From positions 1,145,159-1,209,158 of the forward strand of contig MU061579.1 in the NCBI GenBank assembly GCA_013265495.1: 64,000 nucleotides of DNA. The letters are read 5' to 3'. Within the stretch, counting starts at the first letter, position 1. Each line of letters begins with the position of its first letter. The notes below the pieces were generated by a model, which saw nothing but the letters and a program-made list of their open reading frames with translations, ran no database searches and was not told where the DNA came from. Source of the stretch: Vicugna vicugna. Lineage: Eukaryota. Below, one piece after another: positions 1 through 11,863 of the stretch. Position numbers and translations under genes: made by a program.

Positions 1-202
1 TTTTCCTTACTATGCAATTTTCTATTATCATGCCATCCTTGACCATATGGCAGTAAGACGTTTATATATTTACACCTGCCACTCATTGTATTTGCCACTG
101 TGGCAGGAATTTTGTCTTAGTTTTAGCACCTTTAATACAAAAAGTAGAATAAACACATACTACTTTTAAATTTAAGAATCATACTTAGGCCACCATGGTT
201 TC

Positions 203-816
203 TTTTTTTTTTTTTTTTGCCCACCTGTTTGTTCCTTTTTTTTTTTTAACATTTTTTATTGATTTATAATCATTTTACAATGTTGTGTCAAATTCCAGTG
301 TTCAGCACAATTTTCAGTCATACATGGACATATACACACTCATTGTCACATTTTTTTCTCTGTGAATTATCATAACATTTTGTGTATATTTCCCTGTGCT
401 ATACAGTGTAATCTTGTTTATCTGTTCTACAATTTTGAAATCCCAGTCTATCCCTTCCCACCCTCCACCCCCCTGGCAACCACAAGTCTGTATTCTCTGT
501 CCATGAGTCTATTTCTGTCCTATATTTATGCTTTGTTTTTGTTTGTTTGTTTGTGTTTGTGTTCGTTTTTGTTTTTTAGATTCCACATATGAGCAATCTC
601 ATATGGTATTTTTTTTTCTCTTTCTGGCTTACTTCACTTAGAATGACATTCTCTAGGAGCATCCATGTTGCTGCAAATGGCATTATGTTGTCAGTTTTTA
701 TGGCTGAGTAGTATTCCATTGTATAAATATACCACATCTTCTTTATCCAGTCACCCCAATGTTCATAGCAGCACTATTTACAATAGTCAAAACATGGAAA
801 CAGCCTAAATGTCCAT
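203..816 (-). mobile_element. Young 5'-truncated L1 (3'UTR plus ORF2 C-terminus) with a 5' inversion (752-816 lies in the opposite orientation)
   Basis: Poly(T) at 203-218 and 236-247. 248-753 is the reverse complement of the same 3' end seen at ~60010-60495. 752-816 matches 59941-60005 in the forward orientation. Perfect 14-bp TSD CACCATGGTTTCTT at 191-204 and 817-830. Confidence 0.95.
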
Positions 817-1159
817 CACCATGGTTTCTTAAAATGCCCTTTCTTCATAAGACACATTTATTCTTTTTTTGATCTGTTTAAGTTGTCAATCTTGGCCAAA
901 ACATGAATTGCCACTGATATGGCTCCTTGACAAATTTGTTCTGATTCTCACTGTTCCTATATGCAGGGAAGTCCCAATAATTATTACTGTGCTACAAGAG
1001 TGTTCTAAATTTACATTCAAGTTTGTAAAGCATATAATCAGTGCAGACTACATGCTACATGTTACAGAAAACAAAATCACAATTTTTTGCACATTGCAAT
1101 GCAATTGCTCTTAAAAATATCACAATCCAGATTAGATCCAGCTGGAGGATGGGATATGC

Positions 1160-2838
1160 TTTCATGTTGCTGCCTAGCGTCTTTTTGTTTCACCTTGAAA
1201 GACACCTGCTAGCATTTCTTGTAAGTCAAGTCTTTTGTTTATCTGAGAAAGTCTTTATTTTTCTTTCAGTTTTGAAGAACACCTTTCTCTAGGTGTAGTA
1301 TTCTTTGTTCGCAGGTGTTTGGGTTTTTTCCTTCTTTTTCTATTTTCAGCACTTTTGAATATCTTATCCCACTTCTTTCTGGTCTGTAATGTTTTGACTG
1401 AAATAACCACTGATAACCTTATGGGAGCTTCCTTGTACATGAGGAGTCATTATTCTCTTGCTGCTTTCAAGTTTCTCTTTTTGTTGTTCAACTTGGCAGT
1501 TCTGTGACAATGTGTCTCCGTGTGGGCCTCCTTGAATTTATCCTAGGTGAGGTCCTTCCAGCTTCTTGAAACTGGATTTCTATTTCCTCCTTCAGATTTA
1601 GATTTGTGCCATTTTCAGCCACTCCTTTCTTCAAATAAGTTTTCTCTCTCTCTCTTTTCCTCTCTTCTCTTCCTGGGAATCTTTATATATATATAGAGAG
1701 AGAGACATTTTGATGGCGTTTCATAGGTCCTCCAGTTGATCTCACTTTTCTTTCCTATTTTTATCTTTCTCTCCCCTGCAAATCAATAATTTCAAATGAC
1801 TTGTCTTTGAGTTCACTGATTCTTCTTCTTGATCAAATCTATTATTGAATCCATCTAGTGATTTTTTCGAGTCAGTTACTAACTCTCAAGCTACAGAATT
1901 TCTGCCTGCTTCTTGTGTACAGTTTCTGCCTCTTTGTTGATATTTTCATTTTGTTCATGGATCATTTTCTTGATTTTATTTAGTTGTCTACCTGGGCTGT
2001 TTTACAGTGCATTATGATTCTTTAAAACAAATATTTTGAATTCTTTGTCAGATGATTTGTAGACCTCTATTTCCTTAAGATCAGTTTCTGGAGATTTGCT
2101 TTTCTTTAATCGGGTCGCATTTTCTTATTTCTTTGTATGCCTCACAATATTTTGTTGTGATTTGTGCATTTAAAAAAACAGCCACACTCTCAGTCTTTTT
2201 TCAGGCTTCATACAAGGAAAGACCTTCACCAATCAGCCTGGCTAGAGGTTCTTGTGGTCTCTCAAATATTTCCTGTAATTATGTCTTTTCTAGGTGTATG
2301 TATATAATTTCTCATTGAGAGAGATTTGCCAGTAGTTTTATTAAGTTTGTAGTCTCTTGCTTTCTTTGATGTCTGTCTGCAGTACTGCAGGTTTTCTGGA
2401 GCTGCTTTAAACCTGAGTTCTCCTTTTTCCTCAGCCACCCCCAGGTATCCAAAGAATGTGGTTTCCCATTACCATTAGGAGTCAAGTGAAACTGAAGCAA
2501 ATCCTTCAAGGGGGCCACTGCAGAGTCAGAATGTTGCATGGCTGTTCCACTCTTCTTCTTCTCCCCCATGGAAGAGACCACAAGTTGGGCTTCTCATCCT
2601 AACAGTGGGCTCAGCCAACTTGGTGAGAAAAATGACATAGTTGAAATAAAACAGTTTTCTTACTTATTCCCATGCCATTATCCTTGTCTTTGAGCTTGCC
2701 TTGGTCACTGCATCTTCCTAATTGCTTCTAGAGTTCTCATAAAGGTTTTGTGGACCTTATATTGTTGTTGAATCGATGCTTCCATGGGGGAATGGTGTCT
2801 GGGGCTTCCTGTTTTACAGTCTTGCTGACATCACTCCA
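1160..2838 (-). mobile_element. Old L1M fragment (ORF1 region and 5'UTR)
   Basis: The minus-strand remnant 1255-1440 (KEAPIRLSVVISVKTLQTRKKWDKIFK) resembles the L1 ORF1 C-terminal region. The strand is T-rich, as expected for antisense L1. Boundaries are approximate. Confidence 0.8.
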
Positions 2839-3284
2839 CGTATATGAGTTTTTATTTTAAATGAACATGTTTAGGATAGAGGGAAAATAATAAAGGTTTG
2901 TTTTCAGTTGCTAAGTTTTTGATACTTTGTTATACAGCAAAGGAAAATTATTATGATGTGTTTTAGTAAATAGATTCTGTGTACAACCAGCTAAAATTAT
3001 TTGCTTATATTTTGATTAAGAGTTTATCTTTCATAGACAGTTTTATATATTTGCAATATTAATATTTTATGTGTTATACATGATGTAAATTACTTATCCA
3101 CTTGTCTTAATAATGGTAATTTTATACATTTTTTCATTCATGTTGATATAATTAAGCAATTGATTCTCCATGATTTCTGTTCCGTTACTTATCTTAAAAA
3201 ACCCCACAAGACCCAGAAAGTCTCTATAAAAGAATCTCACAAGTGTAATGTTTATCAACAAAATAAAATGCAAAGCAGCGTGTA

Positions 3285-4200
3285 CTGATTGCTTTGCTGT
3301 ATATAAAGTTCAAAAAGAGGAAGCCCTATTCTGTGTAAGAAATAAAAATATGGTGCCCTTTGGAGTGATAGTGACTGGGATAGGATGTAAGGGAGCGGCG
3401 CCTGTATACTCTGAGGGTTGATCCAGTGCCAGTTTTCCAGCAAACTGTACTCTGACACTGCGTACTTTTCTAGATGTTCATTTTTAACAGCAATAATTTA
3501 TGCCTTCCTACTGCCATGCAGTATACAATTGCATGACTAGATCACAAAACATTTCTCTTATTGACTGCTCGTAAGTATTCACGTTGTTTTGATCATTAAA
3601 AACAGTGCTGTTATTAACAATTTTGTATTTTACAGGCCAAGCCATGGAAGTATTTCTCCATTTATATAGCTAGTAGTTTAACTGCTAGGTCACAGGGTTT
3701 GTGTTTGTTCAGCTTTGAGGGATACTGGCAAAGACTTTTTGAATGTGGAAATATACACCTCAAACAGCAGTACATAAGCACGCCAGATATTCCAAATTTA
3801 ACAAATAGTGTCAATCATTTTCATTTTAGCTATTGAGAAAATGTGTAAATAGTGGTATCCCATTGTGTTTTAATTTACATTTCCCTGATGAAATATGAAA
3901 CTGAGTAGCTTTTAATTTCACATTTGTGTGTCATTGTGTGAAGTGCCTGTTCTTATTCACTGTCATAATCTATTGGATATTATTATCATTGTCATTGTTG
4001 TTGATTTGTGGAAGCTCTTTGTTATAAATATGAGTCTTTGTCAAAAACATTCATTGTAAATAACTTCTGCCACCCTAGAACTTGCCTTTTTCACTCTTCA
4101 TAGTAACTTCTGATGAATAGAAGTTCTTACTTTAGTCCAATGAATAATTATTTTTCCTTTTGTACTTTATGTCATACATTTAACTCACTTTGAATAGTGA
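3285..4200. mobile_element. Degenerate L1ME-type 3' fragments (~3285-3490 on +, ~3500-4200 on -)
   Basis: Contains motifs typical of antisense L1ME 3' regions (gtggtatcccattgtgttttaatttacatttccctgatg; gtgaagtgcctgttc). Recognised from recalled consensus only. Confidence 0.6.
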
Positions 4201-4244
4201 CATATTTTTACTCTTTAATTAGGTCTTTGGAAAAAAGCATAATA

Positions 4245-4490
4245 CTATTGTATCGAGAGCAAGGGCACAGGGTTTTTGACCATGTAGATATGAATCCTAG
4301 TTTTACTACTTGTTAGCTGTATTACTTTGGGGAGGTTATCTAACCTTTCAGCATTTGAATTTTCTTGTTTTAAAAAAGAACATGAAATACCTCAAAGAAT
4401 AGTCATGAGAATTAAATAAAATAATCTATGTGAAAGACATGAAACAATGCTCAGCACATAGAAAAACTACACAATAAATTTTAACTATTA
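4245..4490 (+). mobile_element. MIR SINE
   Basis: MIR core (tgaatcctagttttactacttgttagctgt...ttatctaacctttc...catgagaattaaataaaataatctatgtgaaag...cagcacatag). Confidence 0.8.
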
Positions 4491-5004
4491 GGTATAACTT
4501 AAATGAATTCCATATCTATAGAGTAATACATAATACTTACATAAATTAGTATTAGTTGTCAAAAAATCAGACTTTCTGACTTAGTTTTTAACAGTCATAT
4601 TATGTTAAAACTCTCGTTTATTGGAGAAATTATAGATGATTCATGAGGAAAATACATTTATTCATCAGAGCACTGAGCTTCCAGCAACAGAACCTGGCTG
4701 TGGGTAATTTCAGCAGAAGTGGAATTCATTAAATGGATTTTGCTGAGTTTATGTCATTGTTGGCATACCTGAAAACCCTGGTAAAGAACTACATTGTCAG
4801 AAATAACAGCCAACATCATCCTTCAGAATGTTCTGGTGAGTACTCTACTGCCATCAGCCCTACCTCCAAACATAAGATGTGCATCTTGCTCGATGTCAGT
4901 GCCTTAGAAAACCGAGTTGCCACATCTGCTGCTAATTTTGGTGAGAAAATATTCTTCCACAGGATGTGCTTCTTTGGATTACTTACTTCCAAATATCTGT
5001 TACT

Positions 5005-5386
5005 CTCTCTCTCTGGTTCTTCTCACTTCAGTGCGCTAAAGCCAGCTGATACATTGTTAGCCATCCCATGGAGAGTCCCATGTTGCAAGGAACTAAAGAC
5101 AGCTTTTGCCCAGAGGGTTGAAGGTCCTCAATTCAACAACCTGTGAGGAATCTTGAATCCTGCTAAATCCATGTGGACTACATGAGATGTGGATCCTTCC
5201 CAAGTTGAGCCTTGAGCTGATTGCAGCCCCAGCTGACAACTTGATTACAGTCTCATGAGAGATACTGAGCCACAAGAGCCAAATCTTCAATGACCAAGTC
5301 CTCAACCTACAGAAACTTGGAGATCATAATTTTTTAAGCCTCTAGGTTTTGTGTTAATTTTTTATACAGCAATAGAGTACTAACAC
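5005..5386 (+). mobile_element. MaLR solo LTR (MLT1F/G-like)
   Basis: gccccagctgacaacttgattacagtctcatgagaga and the typical MLT1 3' end ttttatacagcaatagagtactaacaca. Confidence 0.8.
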
Positions 5387-6836
5387 AATGTCTACCAATA
5401 TTTTGACTATTATTTTCTGACCATTAGTATTCAAGTTATTAAAAATAATTTTAAAAAACCCATTTTAATCAGAATCCAATTAATCAGGATACTCACATAA
5501 GTGGATTGTTTTTTTTCTCCAGACTATTATATCCTATAATGCTATATTGAGGGAAAAAAAGTCCGGATAAACATTCTTGTATTAGTGTTAAGTGCTATTC
5601 ATGTATATAAACATTACAATTTGATATAAAAAAGATGAACCTTGACTCTTGAGAGTCTGTTATATCAATTAAAGAGTAAATTTATAGTAACAAAGTCACA
5701 CATTTCTTGGGTAATGAAAAATGTTAGTAAATGTGTTCTAAATTAATGGAAGACTCATTTTCCCCAGAATAACCATTTTTAAGGCAAAAAAAGAGATACC
5801 TAAATTTCAAAATGATGATCAAAATTAGGAGGCAAATAAAGTAGTTTTTGTTTTTAAGTAAAGTTTATCCTTCCCTTAACTATTCTAATTAATTCCATCA
5901 AAATTCACTTAAGTCATCCAGACAAAATAATTTGGTTACTTCAATCATCCATAAATTCTGCTATTATATAATTCTAAACTTTTGTGTGTTTTTTTTTAAG
6001 AATTAGTACATTTTCATATAAGCATTCGAAAGAAGTAAACCTAACCAAATGCGATAAAAACATTCACCAAAAATGGCTACTATATTTTGTGCTTTAAAAA
6101 AAATTTTAACAGTCTTTTAATTATTTTTGCATTATTTTCTTTCAATATAAAATGATAACCTTAGACAGGAGACAGAGTAAAGGCAATTAATGTTCAAAAG
6201 TAACACTTTCTACCTCTAATACTAAAAATGACATTTATGACATTTGAGTTATTTTTTCAGCTCTCAGAAATAATAAAATCCCAAGTAATATCATCAAAGC
6301 AGTGCTAACAGTACTCACTGATATGCAGGATAAGCTGGCATAAAGTCTATTAAGACATGACTTACTAAGAAAAAAGCTATTGATTAGTATTAAAGTGCTT
6401 TTAGCCTTACCTCCATAAATCAGAAAGCATTTCTCCAATGTTTTTATTCTGTAGAAGAGTTTAGCTATTTTAAGTTGATGGTCTTTCACATTATTCAGAC
6501 AAAAGGCCCTTGATAACTAACCAATACCTCAAAACGTTAACAGAAATCTTAATAAAAAATGCATTTTAAGTTAGTATAGCCTAAATCCAACACCTTTTGC
6601 AAAATAACCATTTAAAATGCATCCAATTTAACACGGTTCTTATGTTTGACATTGAGATAGTTAATTTTGTTATTAACTTATAGAATCAAGGGGTTTGCAT
6701 AAAAACTGAGATTAATTTATTTACTATTAAAAGCTCCTCATTTATATGATATAATTTGGTGACACATGCTGAGGTAAAGAGGAGTAGTGCATGGCTTCTA
6801 AGCTTAAGGATCACTCTAAGTCTATACAGTTCGCAT

Positions 6837-7342
6837 TGTGGTAGTCAGCCTCCAAGATGGCCTCGGGGATTCTCAACTGCTGGTATTCATGCCTTGTACA
6901 ATCCCCTACAACACTGAATAAATGTGTCAATAAGCCACTGTGAATTTGGCAATGCTAGGTCATGAGACATTTCACCTTGCTTTTGGAAATCACTTGCTCT
7001 AGGAAAAACTAGCTGCTGTGTTGTGAGGCCACTAAAGCAGCCCTAAAGGTAGATCTGCATGGCAAAGTTCTGAGGCCTCTTGGTAACTTCTAATAAGAAA
7101 TGGAAGCCTTACTAGCAACCTTATAAATGAGCCACATTAGAAGGTCCCCCAGCCACAGTTAAGACTTCAGCCCCACCTGGCATCTTAATGTCAACCTCAT
7201 GATAGATCTCCCAACAAGGACTAATCAGTTATGCTGACCCTAAATTCCTGACCTACATAAAATTTGTGACATAATACATAGTATACTTGGATTAAGCCTC
7301 TAGGTTTTGGTGGTAATTTGTCGTGCAGCAATAAATAACATA
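6837..7342 (+). mobile_element. MaLR solo LTR (MLT1F-like)
   Basis: Starts tgtggtagtcagcctccaagatggcc and ends ggtaatttgtcgtgcagcaataaataac. Confidence 0.85.
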
Positions 7343-7442
7343 TGCACAGAATTGCATGTACAAAAAAAGAGATACTGGTATTAGATACTAACATAAATGT
7401 GTTTATGTATATATGTATGCCTGTGGATGAATGGAAAATGGA

Positions 7443-7466
7443 ATATATATATATATATATATATAT
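7443..7466. repeat. (TA)n microsatellite
   Basis: Read directly from the sequence. Confidence 0.95.
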
Positions 7467-9325
7467 TCAAAACAATGCCAGGAGAACACATATCAAGAAG
7501 ATGTGTGAAGTGAACATATCTTATCTTCAAAAAATTAATTAGTGTGTGATATGAATTTTCAAAGAAATAATTGGCACAATAAATTCCTCTCACACACACC
7601 ATCATGCCAAAGACTGTTAAACATGGATTCTTGCCTAGTGATGCACAGCAGGATAAAAATTAGAGGATGTATAACCTGGTGTCTCCAGGGCTGTCCACCA
7701 TTGCTATCAACCAAAACGTTCCAAATGGGTCCTCTCAGACTGTTTGCATTAATGAATAGATGATGTGTAAAACCATATGGGATTCTGCACTTGCCTTAAT
7801 TAAAATTAATTGTCCCATGAATGATTAATGCTTAGTGTGAAGTTTTCCTAGTTTCTATATTACTGAGATACCAAACAATGGAACTCATCTACATTATATG
7901 TTACTCTTTCAATCCCATTAAAAACATAATTAATTACTGCATCTGTTTTCTTTTACTAAATATGACTAATGGCTTATTTTTAAGCATTAAATATTTGCTG
8001 CAGAAATTTACCTGAAGAAATTTCTTGCATCTCTAGTAATTTAAATTTTATTTGGAACCATGAATATTAATTATATGATACCACAGATAATTCTAGAATG
8101 GATTGGCTTGCTTTAACTATCAGTAAGAAAGCATATGTAATTCTTTGATGAATTTTGGAAATTAAAAAATAAAAGATATAAAGTACATGTAAACATTTCT
8201 GCAAAGCAATGCTTTTCAAATATATTTAATCTTTTCTGCTGTTGTATAAACTTGGCAAATTATCATTTCTATGTTTTCCTTATAAAATAATCTTTTTCAA
8301 AAAATATTTACTGTTATGCTCAAGAAATTGTGCCTTCCTAATTAGCAGATTTATATTAAAAAAATTTCACTCTAGGAAAGGTTCCATAACAATCATCTAC
8401 TCTTACAAATTGATATACAGAATTACAAAGGAGTTTCATGATAGAGCCTGGACTGGGTTTTATTTCCCTTGAGAGACATGACCTCCTTATCATGTAGCGA
8501 TAGTGGCCATTAACACTTACAAAATAGTAATTGGTTCTAGGACTTAAACTTTTGGTCAATTAGTGGCAAATGTCTTTTTAAAACATATTGTAAACAAAGT
8601 GTATCATTTAAGTAAACTAGTCAAATGTATCACTTTGGTTCATCAGTTTAGTGCTCTCAAACTCAGACAATCAATTTAGATTATAGCTCATTTATAAGAA
8701 AGCTAATAAGATCACAATTAGTCTTTATCTAAGCATGTTAATTTTGTACACATACAAACTCAGCCCCTGTCACCCATTTTTACCAATGTGTACCAATGTT
8801 CATGAGCAAAATGTGTATCTGTGAAGAGACAACACATAGCCCATAATCTTTTAAGTGAAACCCACATATGCTTTGAAAGGATGGGTCAGTAACTTAAGAA
8901 AGAATTGACACAATTTCTAATATATCTTGTGCTTTTTGTTCTAATTTCTCTTAAAATAATTTAATTTACAAAGTAAAATAATTTACAAAAATAAAGTAGT
9001 TATATATGGTTTATAATTATTAAAAGTAGTATCTGTTCCCTAACCTCACCATTACCACTCTTTAGAAGCAGGCACTTTTAACTCATTTAGCTAATTTGTC
9101 ATCTTCACATTTCTGAATGAATTGCTTCTATTCCAAATATTCTCAAATTTAGATATTCCTTATTAAAAAATACTTTGTCTCGTACGCTTCCCCTCCCTCA
9201 AAATTACAAACTTATACAAAAAAACTCCTCTCTATATTCCTCTCAAGAATTTTACATACAAAACTTTAGTCAAATCAATAGTCGGTGTTCACATTATTCT
9301 GATGATGCAACTAACTATTCTTTGT

Positions 9326-10000
9326 TGCTGGCAGAATCAATTCTAAAGATGTTCCCCCAAGATTCCTTTCCTTTGGTTATTCAATAACACACTAATCTAG
9401 CTACTGCTGTGAAATGATTTCACAGACAAAAAATTAAAGTTGTTAATCAGCTGACCTTAAAAGCAAGGAAATTATACTGCATTATTTGGATAGCAGCAAG
9501 TAGGTACATGATATTTTAAAATCAGAAGGGGAAGGCAGAAGGCTTACTCAAAGAAATGTAGCAGAAAGGAAGGCAGAAGAAATGAGGCAGAAGTGAAGGT
9601 CAGAGAAATTTAAAGTGTGAGGAGGACTCAACTCACCATTACTGGCTTGACCAAAAGAGGATGAGGAGCCAAGGAATGCAGATGGTCTCAAGAAGATGAA
9701 AAGAGGACCTATAAAAAGCCCAACAAAGAAACAAGGACCTCAGTCTTAAGACCAGCAGAGAACTAAGTTCTACCAACAACCAGAGTGAACCTGGAAGCTA
9801 ATTTCCCCCAACATCCTCCAGGTTAAGTGCTCAGACAAGCCAACAACTTGACTTGAGCCCAGAAAGATCCCAAACAGATTATTAGGACCCCATCCTAGTC
9901 CAAGCACTCTATTTGCAGAACTGTGATATAATAAATGGGTGTTGTCTTGAGTTGGTAAGTTTGTGGTCATGTGTTACAGCAGCAATAGAAATCTGATACA
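9326..10000 (+). mobile_element. MaLR solo LTR (MLT1E-like) inserted into an old antisense L1M (~9040-10980)
   Basis: Starts tgctggcagaatcaattctaaagatg and ends gttacagcagcaatagaaatctgataca. The flank has antisense L1 motifs (ctggatatagaattttagcttggaaataatttctc). Confidence 0.8.
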
Positions 10001-11699
10001 TTTATCATTGAGATATATAATATAATATGATTACTCTTCACTTACTAAGCCTTCTAAACTCAGATCAGCCCCAAGCTCAGTTCACCTTTTACACCTGCCA
10101 TATGATAATTACCACGGCCATTTCCTTTATGTTTTTCCTGTCCTGGATCTACTATTTCCCTGGGTCCCAGAATTTCCTTTTTTATTTCATTTTTCAACAG
10201 CTTCCTAAGAGAGAAAGAACACTCTAATAGAACTTTGTTTTTGAACATTTGCTTGTATGAAAATAATTTTGATCAACCCATGATAATAAGTTGACTGAAA
10301 AATTGTCTGGATATAGAATTTTAGCTTGGAAATAATTTCTCTTGAGGATTTTGAAAGGCAGTGTCTAGCCTTGTTAAAAAGTCCAAGGCCATTCTGATGC
10401 TGCCTCCTTTATAAGAATTTTTTTCTCTCTGACTCTCTCCAAAAGTTTTTCTTTCTTCACTAAGCTATTATTTTCAACCCTGGTGTTTGGAAATTTCCTA
10501 AACTGTAACTACCTGTATTGACATTTTCCATTTTGTATAATTACCGTTTGGTTAACCCTTTCAATATGGATATTTATCTTTATCCATTCTGGGAATTTTT
10601 AAAAAATTATTTCTTTTCAACTTTTCTTCTCTAATTTTCTCTGCTCTCTATTTTTCAGTTAATGGAAATTTAGATAATCTGATTTAATATACTAAAATAT
10701 TTAAAACATTTCTCTTGTTGATGTATATGAGTCTTTTGCTCTGTTTTCTTGAAGATTTTTCTCAAGCTTATCTTAGAAAAATCCTCCTTTGTCATTTATA
10801 TTTCTGCTGTCATGTTTTAGATCTCCAGAAGTTTCCATTTTATGCATGGTTATGGTTTCTTATTTTCTGAATGTTTCTTTTATATAAAATCTGGTTCTTG
10901 AGTTATTGTGAAAATACGTTCTCCCATATCTCTAAAAATACGTTATAATGTATTGTACTGAATTTTTCTTTTGTTCTCCTTGATTCTCCCTTCCTATGGT
11001 AATAACTGTAGTATAATTTTCTATAGAAATGGTGGAAATCATTTCAGCCTTATTTTGCTTTTATTGTTGATAGAAATGCATTTTTTGAGTATTCATAGTT
11101 GGAATGCATAAAACATGTGACCATAGGGAGTCATTTTTTATGTTAATAGAAAAACATAGAAATTTTGATAAATCTATGTGCATGTTTTATACTTTAAAAC
11201 AAGATATATGATGTAATTATAATTGATGATGCTTCATTATCAAGTATTTTACTGAAATAAGAAAACTTCCATTTTGAATAAACAATGATAAGAAGCAACT
11301 TTTCCCTATGTCTAATAATTGGATGGTCAACACTGGTTAGGAGTTCTATATATCTGAACTGTTTCTCCTCCATTACCTACATGCTTATAGTATTGACATC
11401 ATTGGAAGCATTTGAATTATATTACCTCTGGCTCTGTACTTTATTACCATGCTTGGTGAGTCAGCTCCATGGGTAGTACCAATATTCCTGGAAGTCAGTT
11501 CTATATCAGGGCAGCTAGCAGTAATTTAACCCTACCCAAGCATACCAGAAACCACATACCTATAATCTCTTTAAACTTACACTAAATGTATTCCAAAATT
11601 GTCTTTGATTTAGATCCAAGAAACACCTGCAAATCCTTAAATGCTACCTAATGGTAGAGAGTCTAGGATGAAGGTGAAGTTAAAGTGAAAAGAGACGAT

Positions 11700-11863
11700 G
11701 GTCTTACCTAATTCAAGCTATATATTTCACGCTGAAAATCTTGCCAAAATATATGTCCATTTGAACACATTTCTGGGTTCCTCCCAAGGCCTTGGAAGGA
11801 GGCCATGCAAGTGAGGGGCCCTTAAGATTAAGCTTTATAAGCTTCATGACAAATCTACGTCTG
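11700..11863 (-). mobile_element. hAT DNA transposon terminus (MER53-related)
   Basis: The reverse complement reads gcagacgtagatttgtcatgaagcttataaagcttaatcttaagggcccctcacttgcatggcctccttccaaggcc, matching the recalled MER53-type 5' end. Confidence 0.65.

Noticed and set aside
4733..5146. 137-aa ORF, the longest in the track
   Set aside because: It runs into an MLT1 LTR, has no recognisable domain, and has no splice or promoter context.
6235..6489. Minus-strand ORF ending in a transmembrane-like stretch (STALMILLGILLFL) after a possible acceptor at 6365
   Set aside because: Hydrophobic runs are expected from T-rich DNA, I recognise no protein, and the same site reads equally well as a donor.
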